A stretch of DNA of 64,000 bases from Candidatus Micrarchaeota archaeon (GCA_023247085.1 JAHFHC010000002.1:24395-88394), one strand, 5' to 3'; numbered from the stretch's first letter, positions 48,586-58,672 are shown. The notes: a model not told the origin generated them from the sequence alone. Program-made: numbers and translations.

Positions 48586-49683
48586 TCAAATCTTTTTGCA
48601 CAGTTCAGTGTAGAACTGCTCAACTTGTCTCAATTGTTCTAGTTGCATTTTTTCGTCTGGAATGTGTAGTTTCATGTTACCTGCCCCTACGTTTATAGTT
48701 GGAATGCCTGCTTTTGAATAGTATCGCGCGTCGCTTGCGCCGAGCTTGTGCAAGTAGCCCGATATTGGTGTGCCGGTTACTTTTTCCAGCGTTGCCTGCG
48801 CGGTTTTGATAAATTCAGATTTTTCATCGCTAATCCAACCAGGCTCATTTTTTTGTATGTTTAATTTAACACTTTCTGGCAGTAGCTGCGTCAATTTTGC
48901 AGTGAATTTTTCTATTTTGATATCCGCAGGAAGCCTGAAGTCAATTGTTGCCTTGCATTGAAATGGAACTACGTTTTCAGCTGTTCCGCCTGAAATCAAC
49001 GTAGTGTTCATAGTTGGATGTGAAAAAACATATTCGTGATCGTGCGATTTCAGTTTAAACTCTTTTTCAAGCGCAACCAGCGCCGTTGCCATTGTATGCG
49101 CTGCATTTTTTGTATCTTGTGGGTAAGCCGCGTGCCCCCCTTTTCCCTCTGCAGTTAGTTCAATTTGCAACCGCGCCTTGTGTCCAGTTGCTAATTGCAT
49201 TGCAGTCGGCTCGCCGATAACTGCATAGTTTGCAGTTATTCCTTTTGCAATGGTTGCGCCTGTACCATTGTGGCCGCCAACTTCCTCGTCACCAACCGCG
49301 ATTAGTATAATCTCACTGCTTAGGTTTTGTTTTGAAATTGCAATTGCCGTGTTAATCATGGCGGCTAAATTACAAGTCATGTCACATGCACCCAAGCCCC
49401 ATAGTTCCCCTTTTTTCACAACTGGGTCAAACGGGTCAACAGTCCACTGATCAGATGGGGGTACGGTGTCATAGTGACCGTTTAGAATTATCTTTCGACT
49501 ATTTTCTTTTCGGCCTTTAGTTGAGCCTATTACGCTTACAACTCCATTGCTAGAAATTAGTTCAACGTGTAAATCGTTTTTTTCCAAGTAGGTTTTAATT
49601 AAGTCAACTGCCGCACTCTTATCTGCGCTACCTTCATACTTGTGTAGTTTAATTAATTCGCTTGAAAGTTCAATTGTTTTCAT
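48586..49683 (-). CDS. M20-family metallopeptidase/deacylase (ArgE/DapE-like)
   Basis: 365 aa. LNGHYDTVPP, GDEEVGG, GGHAAYPQ motifs. Confidence 0.8.
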   Translation of the reverse strand: MKTIELSSELIKLHKYEGSADKSAAVDLIKTYLEKNDLHVELISSNGVVSVIGSTKGRKENSRKIILNGHYDTVPPSDQWTVDPFDPVVKKGELWGLGACDMTCNLAAMINTAIAISKQNLSSEIILIAVGDEEVGGHNGTGATIAKGITANYAVIGEPTAMQLATGHKARLQIELTAEGKGGHAAYPQDTKNAAHTMATALVALEKEFKLKSHDHEYVFSHPTMNTTLISGGTAENVVPFQCKATIDFRLPADIKIEKFTAKLTQLLPESVKLNIQKNEPGWISDEKSEFIKTAQATLEKVTGTPISGYLHKLGASDARYYSKAGIPTINVGAGNMKLHIPDEKMQLEQLRQVEQFYTELCKKI

Positions 49684-49685
49684 TA

Positions 49686-50252
49686 TTACAACCGTCTTGC
49701 AAAATACTTGCGTTGAGTAATAGTGCTGCTAGCTACGCGCCCAGATCCACTGTGCTCAAATAACATTTTATACCCCATGCTCCTGGCTAGCTTTTCTCTT
49801 GCAGGATGAATTGTGCGCAGTGCAACCGAATCGTAACCTAACTTTTTACCGTATTCGTGCCTTGCCTCTGCAAGTTTTCGACCAATTCCTCTATTTTCAT
49901 GGTCAGGGTGAACTGCTACAAAGTCAAGGTAGTAAGTTTTTCCAAATGGCTTGAATGCAGCTTGGTGTTCTTTTGGCAAGTGCTCTCTTCCCCATTCGCG
50001 CATAAACTCACTAAATGCATGACTTCCACCAACGCCAATCACTTGGCCATTTTCCATAGCTATGAATATTTTCCCGTGTCGTTTTTTGTTATTCTCTCGA
50101 AAAACATTTTCAACAACACTTTCAATTGTCCACGGGTCATTATACATAGAACCGGGTCCGAAACGCTTTACAAATATTGCAGCCGCTTGGCTAGTTAATT
50201 TTCTATTTCGTAAATTCAATGCCTTTACTTCCATTTTCATCAACTTTTCCAC
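49686..50252 (-). CDS. GNAT-family N-acetyltransferase
   Basis: 188 aa. VAVHPDHENRGIGRKLAEA motif A. 3-nt spacing to the downstream M20 gene (operon). Confidence 0.7.
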   Translation of the reverse strand: MEKLMKMEVKALNLRNRKLTSQAAAIFVKRFGPGSMYNDPWTIESVVENVFRENNKKRHGKIFIAMENGQVIGVGGSHAFSEFMREWGREHLPKEHQAAFKPFGKTYYLDFVAVHPDHENRGIGRKLAEARHEYGKKLGYDSVALRTIHPAREKLARSMGYKMLFEHSGSGRVASSTITQRKYFARRL

Positions 50253-50470
50253 AGGGTAAATTCTTTTGCCTTGTTATATTTTTAACTTTTTAACGAAACG
50301 TTTTTATTTAACCCTTTGGACAAATAGTAGGTCATGAAAGTTAACGCTATTGTGGAAATGCTAGTAGCATATACCCTTAGCTTAAGCGCTTTCATTACAA
50401 CCTTCTGGCATATGCTTTTGGGCATTCGAGCCGGGATTTTGAGATAAACTCTTTATAACTTTCTCAAAAG

Positions 50471-51520
50471 GTGCCTGCTATGAATGCTTTAATTATACCT
50501 ACTACTTGCAAGTTGAATTGCGCTGCTAGCGTAGAAAATGCAAAAATTACGTTTGCAGCTTCGCGTGCGGTTTCTTCCCTTAAAGGTATGCAATTGGAAT
50601 CCATAGATAGTTTTGAAGCTGGGCAGTTAGTTGCAGTTAAGGTTGTTAGAAATAACAGCGGAAAACTTATTCGACTAAACGATTTAAGCACTTATGCTCC
50701 CATTGCTGGCGATGTTTTAGTTTGTCTAATTGGTGCAAATGGCTCGTTTAAAATTGAAGTTATAACTGTGCCAACTGCTGTCAATGAATGGGTGGTGGTT
50801 AATCGTGGCGGTTTAGTTGGCCAACCCATGTTTGATGTCGGTGAGTCGAGTTTAGTTGTCAGTTACCTTGGAAACCTTGTCAAAGACAATATGCCGGTTA
50901 AATTAACTGACAAATTGCCTGCAGAATACAAGTTTTATAAGCCAATAATTGCAGTGGTGGGCACTGACACTAATACTGGCAAGACGGTTACGACCGCTAA
51001 AGTGATCAGCGAGCTCAAGCAAATGGGGTTATCTGTAGGTGCTTGCAAATTAACGGGCATATGTGGAGACGATATATTATCTTACAAAGATGCTGGCGCA
51101 GATGAACTCGTTGATTTTACTGATGCGGGTTTACCTTCTACAATTTGTACTGAAGAAACTGCAGTTAATGCCGCATTAAAATGCATATCTAGTTTACAAA
51201 ACAACGACGTTATAGTTGCGGAATTTGGATCTACGTTGATTGGCGGTCACCCTGTGTTATCGATATTGAAAGCTTTTAATTTAAGTAATTTGAAAGTAGT
51301 TGTTTGTTGTTCGGACGTACCTGGAGCAATAGGTGCAATGTTTTTGCTTGCAAGTGGAGCAAATGGCTTGAGGCCTTCACTATTTTCAGGGCTAGTTGCA
51401 AATAGCGAGCTAGCTTGTGCTAAGGTGTTAGAAACTACTGGCGTGCCATGTGCTTCTGCTGCTAAATTCCTTTTGCGTACAATGATTTTTCAAGGTGTTA
51501 CAAATGTTGAATTGTGTTGA
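50471..51520 (+). CDS. DUF1611-like protein: N-terminal CoA-binding-like domain plus BioD/MinD-like P-loop domain
   Basis: 349 aa. P-loop IIAVVGTDTNTGKTVTTAKV resembles the BioD GTDTxVGKT motif. Confidence 0.45.
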   Translation: MPAMNALIIPTTCKLNCAASVENAKITFAASRAVSSLKGMQLESIDSFEAGQLVAVKVVRNNSGKLIRLNDLSTYAPIAGDVLVCLIGANGSFKIEVITVPTAVNEWVVVNRGGLVGQPMFDVGESSLVVSYLGNLVKDNMPVKLTDKLPAEYKFYKPIIAVVGTDTNTGKTVTTAKVISELKQMGLSVGACKLTGICGDDILSYKDAGADELVDFTDAGLPSTICTEETAVNAALKCISSLQNNDVIVAEFGSTLIGGHPVLSILKAFNLSNLKVVVCCSDVPGAIGAMFLLASGANGLRPSLFSGLVANSELACAKVLETTGVPCASAAKFLLRTMIFQGVTNVELC

Positions 51521-52592
51521 ACTTGCTAAGCAACTGGCAGCTATTCCTAGTTTTCAAGGTAATCGTGAGGTTTCTTTGTTTTTGAAAAATTACTTGGAAA
51601 AAGAAGGTATTTCTGTTCAAGTTATTGAAAAAAATAATGTACTGAATGTAGTTGCGCGTACTGGAAAGCGGGACGGCAGATCCCTATTGTTAAACGGTCA
51701 CACTGATACTGTTCCACCTCAACTTGGTTCGCAAATGCCAGTAAGTACAATTCGAGATGGAAAGCTCTTTGGCTTAGGCACCGTTGACATGAAGGCAGGA
51801 GCAGCTGCAATGACTTGCGCTTTTCTTGAACTAGCTAAAAAAGAAACTGAGCTTAATGGCGAAGTGATTTTAGTCCTTGTTGGAGATGAAGAAAATGGCG
51901 GAGCAAATGGAACAAAAGCAACACTAGAGGTGGGGGTTAAAGCAGATTACGTAGTTATAGGCGAACCAACTAATCTTAAAATTTGCCTTGGACAGAAAAG
52001 CGCATTGCAATTAGAAATAAGCGCTAATGGCAACGCACGCCACGCAAGTCGAATAAGGCCAGATGACAATGCAGTGTCTAAAGTTACAAATGTGCTGTAC
52101 TCATTAGAAAAAGCTTTTCCAGTTCCAGTCGGGCCAGATGACTTCTTGTTCAATAAAACAACTATGAATATAGGTACTGTCTTTGGAGGTACTGCTGCAA
52201 ATGTAGTTCCAGATAAATGTACGGCTACTATTGACTTTAGATTTTCTCCATTGTCTTCCAAAGAAGAGTTAACCAATCAAATTATGACTAATTTAAATGA
52301 AGCCATAACTGTAAAAGAGAGGTTTACTGCGCTTGGCTGGTCACTTGATAAAAACACGCCTTATTGTCGTGCGCTTGTTTCTACAATGAAAAAAGTTGGA
52401 ATCAAAGAAGAATTTGTTTACAAATTTGGTTCAAATGATGCTAGATTCTATAATGCAGAAGGTTGCCAAGTCGTTAATATTGGCCCTGGAAATAATTTAC
52501 TTTCACATACGGGCAAAGAAGAAGTCGAAGTAAATCAAATAGAACAAGCTAAGCAAGTATATTTGAAGCTAGCGCAAGAGTTATTAAAATAA
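51495..52592 (+). CDS. M20-family metallopeptidase/deacylase (paralog of 48586-49683)
   Basis: 365 aa. LNGHTDTVPP, VGDEENGG motifs. Overlaps the upstream gene by 26 nt. Confidence 0.8.
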   Translation: MLQMLNCVELAKQLAAIPSFQGNREVSLFLKNYLEKEGISVQVIEKNNVLNVVARTGKRDGRSLLLNGHTDTVPPQLGSQMPVSTIRDGKLFGLGTVDMKAGAAAMTCAFLELAKKETELNGEVILVLVGDEENGGANGTKATLEVGVKADYVVIGEPTNLKICLGQKSALQLEISANGNARHASRIRPDDNAVSKVTNVLYSLEKAFPVPVGPDDFLFNKTTMNIGTVFGGTAANVVPDKCTATIDFRFSPLSSKEELTNQIMTNLNEAITVKERFTALGWSLDKNTPYCRALVSTMKKVGIKEEFVYKFGSNDARFYNAEGCQVVNIGPGNNLLSHTGKEEVEVNQIEQAKQVYLKLAQELLK

Positions 52593-52608
52593 GTCGAGTA
52601 AGTAAATT

Positions 52609-54240
52609 ATGACATCTGTAAAAGTGCCACGAAGGGGATTTGGAAAAATACAATTACTTTCTGCCGAAGCTATGTTTGGACAAAATGGAATTTGGCACGC
52701 AAAAGATACTGCGGAGCTCTCTGCAGCAATGGCTACTCACAAAGATGCACTACAAGAACTTCATCGCCAGCCACACTTATCTCCTGCGGTTAAAGATAAA
52801 TTAACTGAAGCGCTTCGTTATTCTGCTCACGGGCAAGCGATTCCTCCGCATATTGCATCTCAATTAGTTTCAATGCTTAATAGCGCAGCGTTTAGAACAG
52901 CAGGTAGTTCAACTATGCAGTGGACTGCGTGGACAGCTTCAAGAAACCCCAAAGCGCCCGCAATTTCAGTAAAGAAATCTCCAGTTCCGGTGGTGTCTAC
53001 TTTACCGCAAGCAGATGTTTATGTTCAACTTGGTAATAAGCTTTTTAGAACTTTGAGAAGTACAACTCGCAAAGTTTCTTCTGCAGTTGTTGGCGCAATT
53101 GACGAAGCAAGGCGGCGCCATCCAAAAGCAACTGTAGATGAACTTAGAGAACTAGCCGCAACTGTAGCAAGCGAGGGGGTTTTTGCACCTTCTAGAACAA
53201 AAGCTCTTACAAAAGTCGACTACAAATTTGTAAAAGGGCCAAAAGGCAAAGTCCGAGCTGCGATTATAGATGTTAGTTCTGAATTACTTGGGCTTGGTTT
53301 TTCTGATGATATTTTGAAAAGTTATAAATTGCAATCCGGCTTATCTAAGAGTTTAGCTGGTGCATTTTTACAAATAGATGCACAAGAGCGAAAGAAGCTT
53401 CCAAAGAACGTTGCAATTATGGTGCGTGACAACCAACTTGCTGGCCAGTTTAAGGGAGATATTGAATCGCTTAGAGGGCACCTTGAGGCAATACTTAGGG
53501 AACATCACGGCAAAGCCGGTGGAGATGTTGAAGTAAGTGTAGTGCTTCAACCGAATGTTCAAAAACGTGCAGAAAATATCCCGAGAGCCGCAGCGCATGG
53601 CGTTCCGTTTACTGGTTTAAAAGTACAGCGAGTAGGTGATGGTAAAAGCGTTTCTCCTGAATTAATCATACGCTATGGCCGGTTCCCGTTATCTACTGAG
53701 GCAGATGCTGAGCTTGAAAAACAAGGAGTAAAAGTTTTAGATCATAGTGATTTCGTTATTGCTGCAGATAAAACCGTTAATGGCCGCGTCACTAATTTGC
53801 TTAAGCTAGAGCCGATGAGTGCTTCTACTGTTTTTGTACCGCGCAATGCCGTTTCTCAAAATAGTTTGTTTTCAACTGCTTCTGACAAAGAACTTGATGC
53901 AATATTGGAGCGAGCTAAAGTTGAGAATTGGAGCGGGGTAGTAGTTAAACTTCCAACAAAATTAACACTAGGCAAAACTGGCCAAGAGGCAGTCACTGCA
54001 CATTTCGTTAACCCGCATTCGCCCCTTCAAGTAGATGCATTGAGAAAAGCTATTCGAGATATACGTTTTGATGCAAGTGCTGCACCTGACGCTGAAAAGA
54101 AAAAAGCAAAATTAGCATTCGAGGAATTAGCAGTTTCAAGCCTCCCCGAATTAGGTGGCAGGGGTTTAGAACTAAGAACACTTGCAATGCCTAGATTTAA
54201 AGTGTCAAAAATAACCACAATAGTTGAACCTAATCACTAA
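52609..54240 (+). CDS. Large hypothetical soluble protein (no recognisable motifs)
   Basis: 543-aa ORF, last gene of the 50471-54240 operon. No TM segments or known signatures. Confidence 0.4.
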   Translation: MTSVKVPRRGFGKIQLLSAEAMFGQNGIWHAKDTAELSAAMATHKDALQELHRQPHLSPAVKDKLTEALRYSAHGQAIPPHIASQLVSMLNSAAFRTAGSSTMQWTAWTASRNPKAPAISVKKSPVPVVSTLPQADVYVQLGNKLFRTLRSTTRKVSSAVVGAIDEARRRHPKATVDELRELAATVASEGVFAPSRTKALTKVDYKFVKGPKGKVRAAIIDVSSELLGLGFSDDILKSYKLQSGLSKSLAGAFLQIDAQERKKLPKNVAIMVRDNQLAGQFKGDIESLRGHLEAILREHHGKAGGDVEVSVVLQPNVQKRAENIPRAAAHGVPFTGLKVQRVGDGKSVSPELIIRYGRFPLSTEADAELEKQGVKVLDHSDFVIAADKTVNGRVTNLLKLEPMSASTVFVPRNAVSQNSLFSTASDKELDAILERAKVENWSGVVVKLPTKLTLGKTGQEAVTAHFVNPHSPLQVDALRKAIRDIRFDASAAPDAEKKKAKLAFEELAVSSLPELGGRGLELRTLAMPRFKVSKITTIVEPNH

Positions 54241-56311
54241 GAAACATTTTATGTAGGGTAGTATCATTTGTCGATGTTTTTCCGCTTGTAATGCTCTTAA
54301 TTTCTTGTTTAGATCGCTTTGCGTAATCCTCAACGGTCTTTATTCCTGCGTTGTATAGTTTTCTTCCTCGTACTCTTCCAATTCCGCGTATTGTGCAAAT
54401 GTCAAGTAACTCTTCTTTTATTCCGTGTTTTATGCGTCGGCGTAAACGTTTTGCTTCTTGATAAACACTTGTTTGATTTTCAAGAAATGCAAGTTCGCGC
54501 AATGCGTAGCAAAGCCATTCGGCGTTTCGCTTGCGTGTTAGCAGCATTCCTGGTGGGGTTTCAAAATCTGTAAGCATTTGTTCTTCAGTTGCTTCATTAA
54601 TCCAGCCGTTTAGCACTTTAGCTGTTTTGAATTTGTCTAAAGCTTCGGCATCCCACGCTGGAAAATCTTCTAGCAAGTTATACGCGTCGTCCCACAGTGT
54701 TTTTTCTTCACCTTTTTTTACGTATATAAGTGGACGCATTTCAGTTGCTTCACAAATCGCATAAAGATAGTCAATTGTTTGCCTGGGGATTTGTTTTTTG
54801 ATAAACGAGAGGAACTTCGCGCCTGTCAAAGGGTCTATGTATAATTGTGCTATTCGCCTACCAACAGGCGTAGCTGCCAAACGGCCACTTTTTTCTCGAA
54901 TAAAGTCAAACTCTTTTAACTCTCCACAAATGCGGTCAATAACTCCCGCTAGTTGACCGCGGTCACCGTATTGGAACGCGTAGAATGTAGAGTCAAAGAA
55001 CTTGTGTAATTCCTCTATTGTTGAAACATAGTTTGAAGAAATAAGCGAAAGAGAATGAAAGCGAATAGCAGTTTCATTTGCGAGTTTACTGTACAAGTCC
55101 TCTGGTTTTCCGTAAACGTACTTCTCCCACACTTCCCCAACATCTTTTTTACTGCTTAACATAACTCCGATTCCAACATCGTCGTAATTTGGCCTACCGC
55201 TTCTACCTAACATTTGTTGTACTTCCATTGCAGGTATAAATTCTGAAAAGTTGCCATTAAACCGCTTTAAATCTTTTACAATCACCCATGTAGCCGGATA
55301 ATCAATGCCCATTGCAAGTGTAGTTGTACACACAATTGCCTTAATTGTCTTTTCGTGTTTGAACCCATCTTCAATTAATTGACGTTGTTTTGGTGTAATT
55401 CCAGCATGGTGAAACGCAACTCCATTTGCCATGCACGCAGAAAGCTCTTTGCACTGGGTTGTTGGAGTTGGCAACGCTTTCAAGGCGCGTTTACTCATAT
55501 CCGCCAGTTGCGCTTCGTCCCCCTGCTGCAAAAACTTCTTTGTAATTGCGCCAAGTTCACGCGCAGTTGACTCAGCGCCACGCCTGCTAGCTACAAAAAC
55601 CAGCGCTTGCCCATTTTGTTTAAATCGCAATGCGTTTTCCAACACGTCGTGCAATTGTTTTTTATCACTTACTTGAATGCTTGCTAATGCATTGTCTTTA
55701 AACTGCACTTCTTTTTCACTGCTAACCCCAACAATTAACTTCGTTGGTCTATACTCGCTGTAAAACAACTTTGCATTTAGCCACTCGGCCATTTCACTTG
55801 CATTTGGAATAGTTGCGCTTAACCCAAGCAGCTTTTTTTTAGCAAGATGAAGCTTCGTCATAACGACTTCCAGCGTTGCGCCACGTTGATCATCGCCAAT
55901 CAAGTGGCACTCGTCGAACACAACTGCGTTGATTTCCTCCATAAACTGTGGCGAATGTGTCAAAATTGAATCCAGCTTCTCGGAAGTTAAAATCGCAACA
56001 TTGGCGTCACCGATCTTTTCATCATCGCTATCTAACTCTCCAGTTGAAATCCCGACTTTCAATTCAAAAACAGCCAACTTTTTAGTAAATTCATTATACT
56101 TTTCACTTGCCAATGCACGCAACGGAACAACATACAGCGTCTTCTTACCATGTTCAAAATGATTTAAGATCCATAACAACGACACAAGCGTCTTTCCACT
56201 AGCAGTAGGTGAACTAAGCACAGCTCGGTCACTTTCAAATAAACCCTCTTGCGCTACTTTGTTTTGCATTTCGTTTAGCTTAGAATAGCCAAGCTTTGCC
56301 AAATTTTCCAT
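54230..56311 (-). CDS. hel308: Hel308/Hjm-like Ski2-family DNA helicase
   Basis: SF2 motifs: Ia LYVVPLRALASEK, II VFDECHLIGD (DECH), III LGLSATIPNA. C-terminal HhH GIGRVRGRKLYNAGIKT. Confidence 0.8.
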   Translation of the reverse strand: MENLAKLGYSKLNEMQNKVAQEGLFESDRAVLSSPTASGKTLVSLLWILNHFEHGKKTLYVVPLRALASEKYNEFTKKLAVFELKVGISTGELDSDDEKIGDANVAILTSEKLDSILTHSPQFMEEINAVVFDECHLIGDDQRGATLEVVMTKLHLAKKKLLGLSATIPNASEMAEWLNAKLFYSEYRPTKLIVGVSSEKEVQFKDNALASIQVSDKKQLHDVLENALRFKQNGQALVFVASRRGAESTARELGAITKKFLQQGDEAQLADMSKRALKALPTPTTQCKELSACMANGVAFHHAGITPKQRQLIEDGFKHEKTIKAIVCTTTLAMGIDYPATWVIVKDLKRFNGNFSEFIPAMEVQQMLGRSGRPNYDDVGIGVMLSSKKDVGEVWEKYVYGKPEDLYSKLANETAIRFHSLSLISSNYVSTIEELHKFFDSTFYAFQYGDRGQLAGVIDRICGELKEFDFIREKSGRLAATPVGRRIAQLYIDPLTGAKFLSFIKKQIPRQTIDYLYAICEATEMRPLIYVKKGEEKTLWDDAYNLLEDFPAWDAEALDKFKTAKVLNGWINEATEEQMLTDFETPPGMLLTRKRNAEWLCYALRELAFLENQTSVYQEAKRLRRRIKHGIKEELLDICTIRGIGRVRGRKLYNAGIKTVEDYAKRSKQEIKSITSGKTSTNDTTLHKMFLSD

Positions 56312-56751
56312 TATAATAATTTGTCGCGGTAGAGTTTTAGAAAGTATGGCATTGTAGAAATAACTGGTTCTGGCATTGAATTGAGGTCAAACCAGCCAAA
56401 ATCTTCAAACTTGTGCGGCTCTCCGTTTCTCGCTTTTTCCCTATCGACCAGCACTTTGAAATCCAAAGCAACCCAGTGAGTTTTCTTTCCATTATCCACT
56501 CTGTGCACATCTCTATAGCCTAAAAATTCGTACCCAATTACATCTGTGCAGTATTCTTCTTTAATTTCTTTTTTCAAACAATCCTCTATCTTTTGCCCAA
56601 AATCCAGCGCACCGCCGCCAATGTCCCAGCGTCCATGTTCATCTCTACAATTTTGACTACGCTTAGCCATGATGAATTTGCCTTTACCATCGTGACAAAA
56701 GTAAACAATTGCAACGCCAACATAATCAAAACCTTTTTTTGCTTCGCTCAT
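56311..56751 (-). CDS. NUDIX hydrolase (paralog 1)
   Basis: 146 aa. Nudix box GGGALDFGQKIEDCLKKEIKEEYC. Confidence 0.6.
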   Translation of the reverse strand: MSEAKKGFDYVGVAIVYFCHDGKGKFIMAKRSQNCRDEHGRWDIGGGALDFGQKIEDCLKKEIKEEYCTDVIGYEFLGYRDVHRVDNGKKTHWVALDFKVLVDREKARNGEPHKFEDFGWFDLNSMPEPVISTMPYFLKLYRDKLL

Positions 56752-57178
56752 TTTAACTTATCTCCATATTGTTTGAAAAACTTCGGAAACTGAGAATGAA
56801 TATTCTTTGGCAAATTATCGAGCGTAAACCATTTTATTTCGTTGAACTTATGTGGCTCACCATTAGAAACTGTTTTTGGATCAACTAAACACTTAAAGTA
56901 AAGCGCAATCCAATGTGTTTTCTTTCCCTCATGCTCGCGGTGTACATCGCCATAACCAAGAAATTCATGCTTCAAAACTTCTGTGCAATACTCTTCCTTA
57001 ATTTCTTGTTTTAACCGATCAATAATAGCGTCTCCAAACTCAACTGCACCGCCACCAATATCCCAATTGCCATGTTCATCGCGGCAATTCTTGCTGCGTA
57101 ACCCCATCAAAAAACGGCCATTCCCATCATGGCAAAAGAAAGAACTGTAACGCCTACATGATCAAAACCTTTTTGCAT
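56748..57178 (-). pseudogene. NUDIX hydrolase paralog 2, interrupted by a frameshift at a homopolymer
   Basis: The upstream piece MQKGFDHVGVTVLSFAMMGMAVF (57178..57107) and the downstream piece LMGLRSKNCRDEHGNWDIGGG... (57110..56748) align to consecutive parts of paralog 1. The frames meet at an A6 run (57109-57114). A single-base insertion would restore a full-length protein. Confidence 0.5.
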
Positions 57179-57181
57179 AAG

Positions 57182-58036
57182 TCATTCCTTCTTTCTGTTC
57201 TCAATTAAAATTGCTAATTCTTTTTGTTCTTCACTGCTTAACTCCAATTCAATTGGCTTAATTCCACTTTTGTTGACTCTGCATGGCCAAGTTACAAAAA
57301 TCCCATGTTTTGGTTCATAGTAAGAAACTGTAAGAACTTCGCCTTGCGCTGAAAGCAACGCTTCAACAAGCGTGCATATCTCACTAGCTGTACCATAAGT
57401 CGAAGCATTGTATTCGGATAAGTATGTGCTGAAAAAATTCCGGGTGTCATTGATAATTTTATTTTTGTTACTTACTGGTTCTGAAAAAACTGGAATTCCG
57501 CGTTTGCCATGCTCACCAATGAAAGTAGCATCTATAGTTTTTGAGAAATTCTTTCTGTCATTCGAAATTAAGTACTTTAGTCGGTTAACATCAAGCTGCC
57601 CGCCAAATCCAATAAAATTTCCGCTGTCAAGTCCAGTTAAATTTTGCGCCAGGTGAACAGTTCTATCGCAAGGAGTTGTAATTATTATTATCTTGCAAGA
57701 TTTCTTTGGTTTAATTTTAGAAAAAATATCTACAATTATAGGTTTGTTTAACGTCCACAAGCTACTGCCAGAAGGTGCGCCAAATGCCCCCGCAGTTATT
57801 ACAATTATATCTGCATCATTTGCATTTTCGTATTTTCCAACTTGAATTTTATCCGCATTTTGCGGAAAACTTCCAATTAAGTCAAATTTTAGTCCTTCTG
57901 CTTTAGCTAAATTGCGATCTATTAGTGTCAATGCGTTTGTAGGTAGTTTAATTTGTAGGCAAAATGCGGTTGTACTGCCAACTCTTCCAATTCCAATAAT
58001 TGCAATTTTTGTCATTTCAGTTTTCTCTTTTTTCAT
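57182..58036 (-). CDS. mdh: Malate/L-lactate dehydrogenase family (NAD-dependent)
   Basis: IAIIGIGRVGSTTAF Rossmann motif, IVITAG, IIIITTPCD, IGEHG motifs. Confidence 0.75.
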   Translation of the reverse strand: MKKEKTEMTKIAIIGIGRVGSTTAFCLQIKLPTNALTLIDRNLAKAEGLKFDLIGSFPQNADKIQVGKYENANDADIIVITAGAFGAPSGSSLWTLNKPIIVDIFSKIKPKKSCKIIIITTPCDRTVHLAQNLTGLDSGNFIGFGGQLDVNRLKYLISNDRKNFSKTIDATFIGEHGKRGIPVFSEPVSNKNKIINDTRNFFSTYLSEYNASTYGTASEICTLVEALLSAQGEVLTVSYYEPKHGIFVTWPCRVNKSGIKPIELELSSEEQKELAILIENRKKE

Positions 58037-58244
58037 AAAAGAAAGTAGCCCCGAGCGGATTTTCGTTTCTCACAGGTTTTCTTTTCCGTGAGGCTTTTCT
58101 TTTATCAAAAGAAAAGGTTCTTCGAACCGCTGTCAATGGATTCAGAGTCCACTATCCTTGACCATTGTCTAAAATTCTTTCTTTTACACTGAAAGGCTTT
58201 TCTTTCTTTTAAGAAAGAAAAGGGTTTCCTAGACGACGGGGCTA
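58036..58244. repeat. Palindromic structured element, copy 2 (termini TAGCCCCG...CGGGGCTA; inverted orientation relative to copy 1)
   Basis: Nested hairpins ctcacagg..ccgtgag, cttttcttttatcaaaagaaaag, caatgg..ccattg, cttttctttcttttaagaaagaaaag. Shares gaaacccttttcttt...aaagaaaag.ctttca with the reverse complement of 6478-6707. Confidence 0.5.
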
Positions 58245-58381
58245 TTTAGTATGTTTTTGGCCTGTTCAGTTTTAGAAGCTTTTCTCTATAGGGTTATTTT
58301 CTTTGGTTTAGTTTTTTTGCGATTCTAAAAAGCGAAACCCTTATTAATTTATCAGTTGATATATTTATCAAGTGATTAATT

Positions 58382-58672
58382 ATGCAAAGAATGTTACTGG
58401 AATTTAGCCCGAAGAATCTTGATCGATACCCTAGGCTCGATACTGTGCTTATGGTTGAAAAAGAGTTGTTTAGATATAAAAGCGACAAGACTATTACTGA
58501 AATATGGAAATTGTTGCCGAAAAAAACCATGTGGACTACCTTTGTCACTATTCTTGATTACTTAGAGTATTCTGGCAAAATACATTTAGAAGAAGATAAA
58601 ACCATCACCTGGATTTGGGATCCAGCCGGGGTTGCTTCGCTTAATATGAAAAAGAGGTTATTTATTGGATGA
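58382..58672 (+). CDS. Putative antitoxin-like small protein (unclassified)
   Basis: 96 aa. Overlaps the downstream RelE/YoeB-like gene by 4 nt. Confidence 0.3.
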   Translation: MQRMLLEFSPKNLDRYPRLDTVLMVEKELFRYKSDKTITEIWKLLPKKTMWTTFVTILDYLEYSGKIHLEEDKTITWIWDPAGVASLNMKKRLFIG

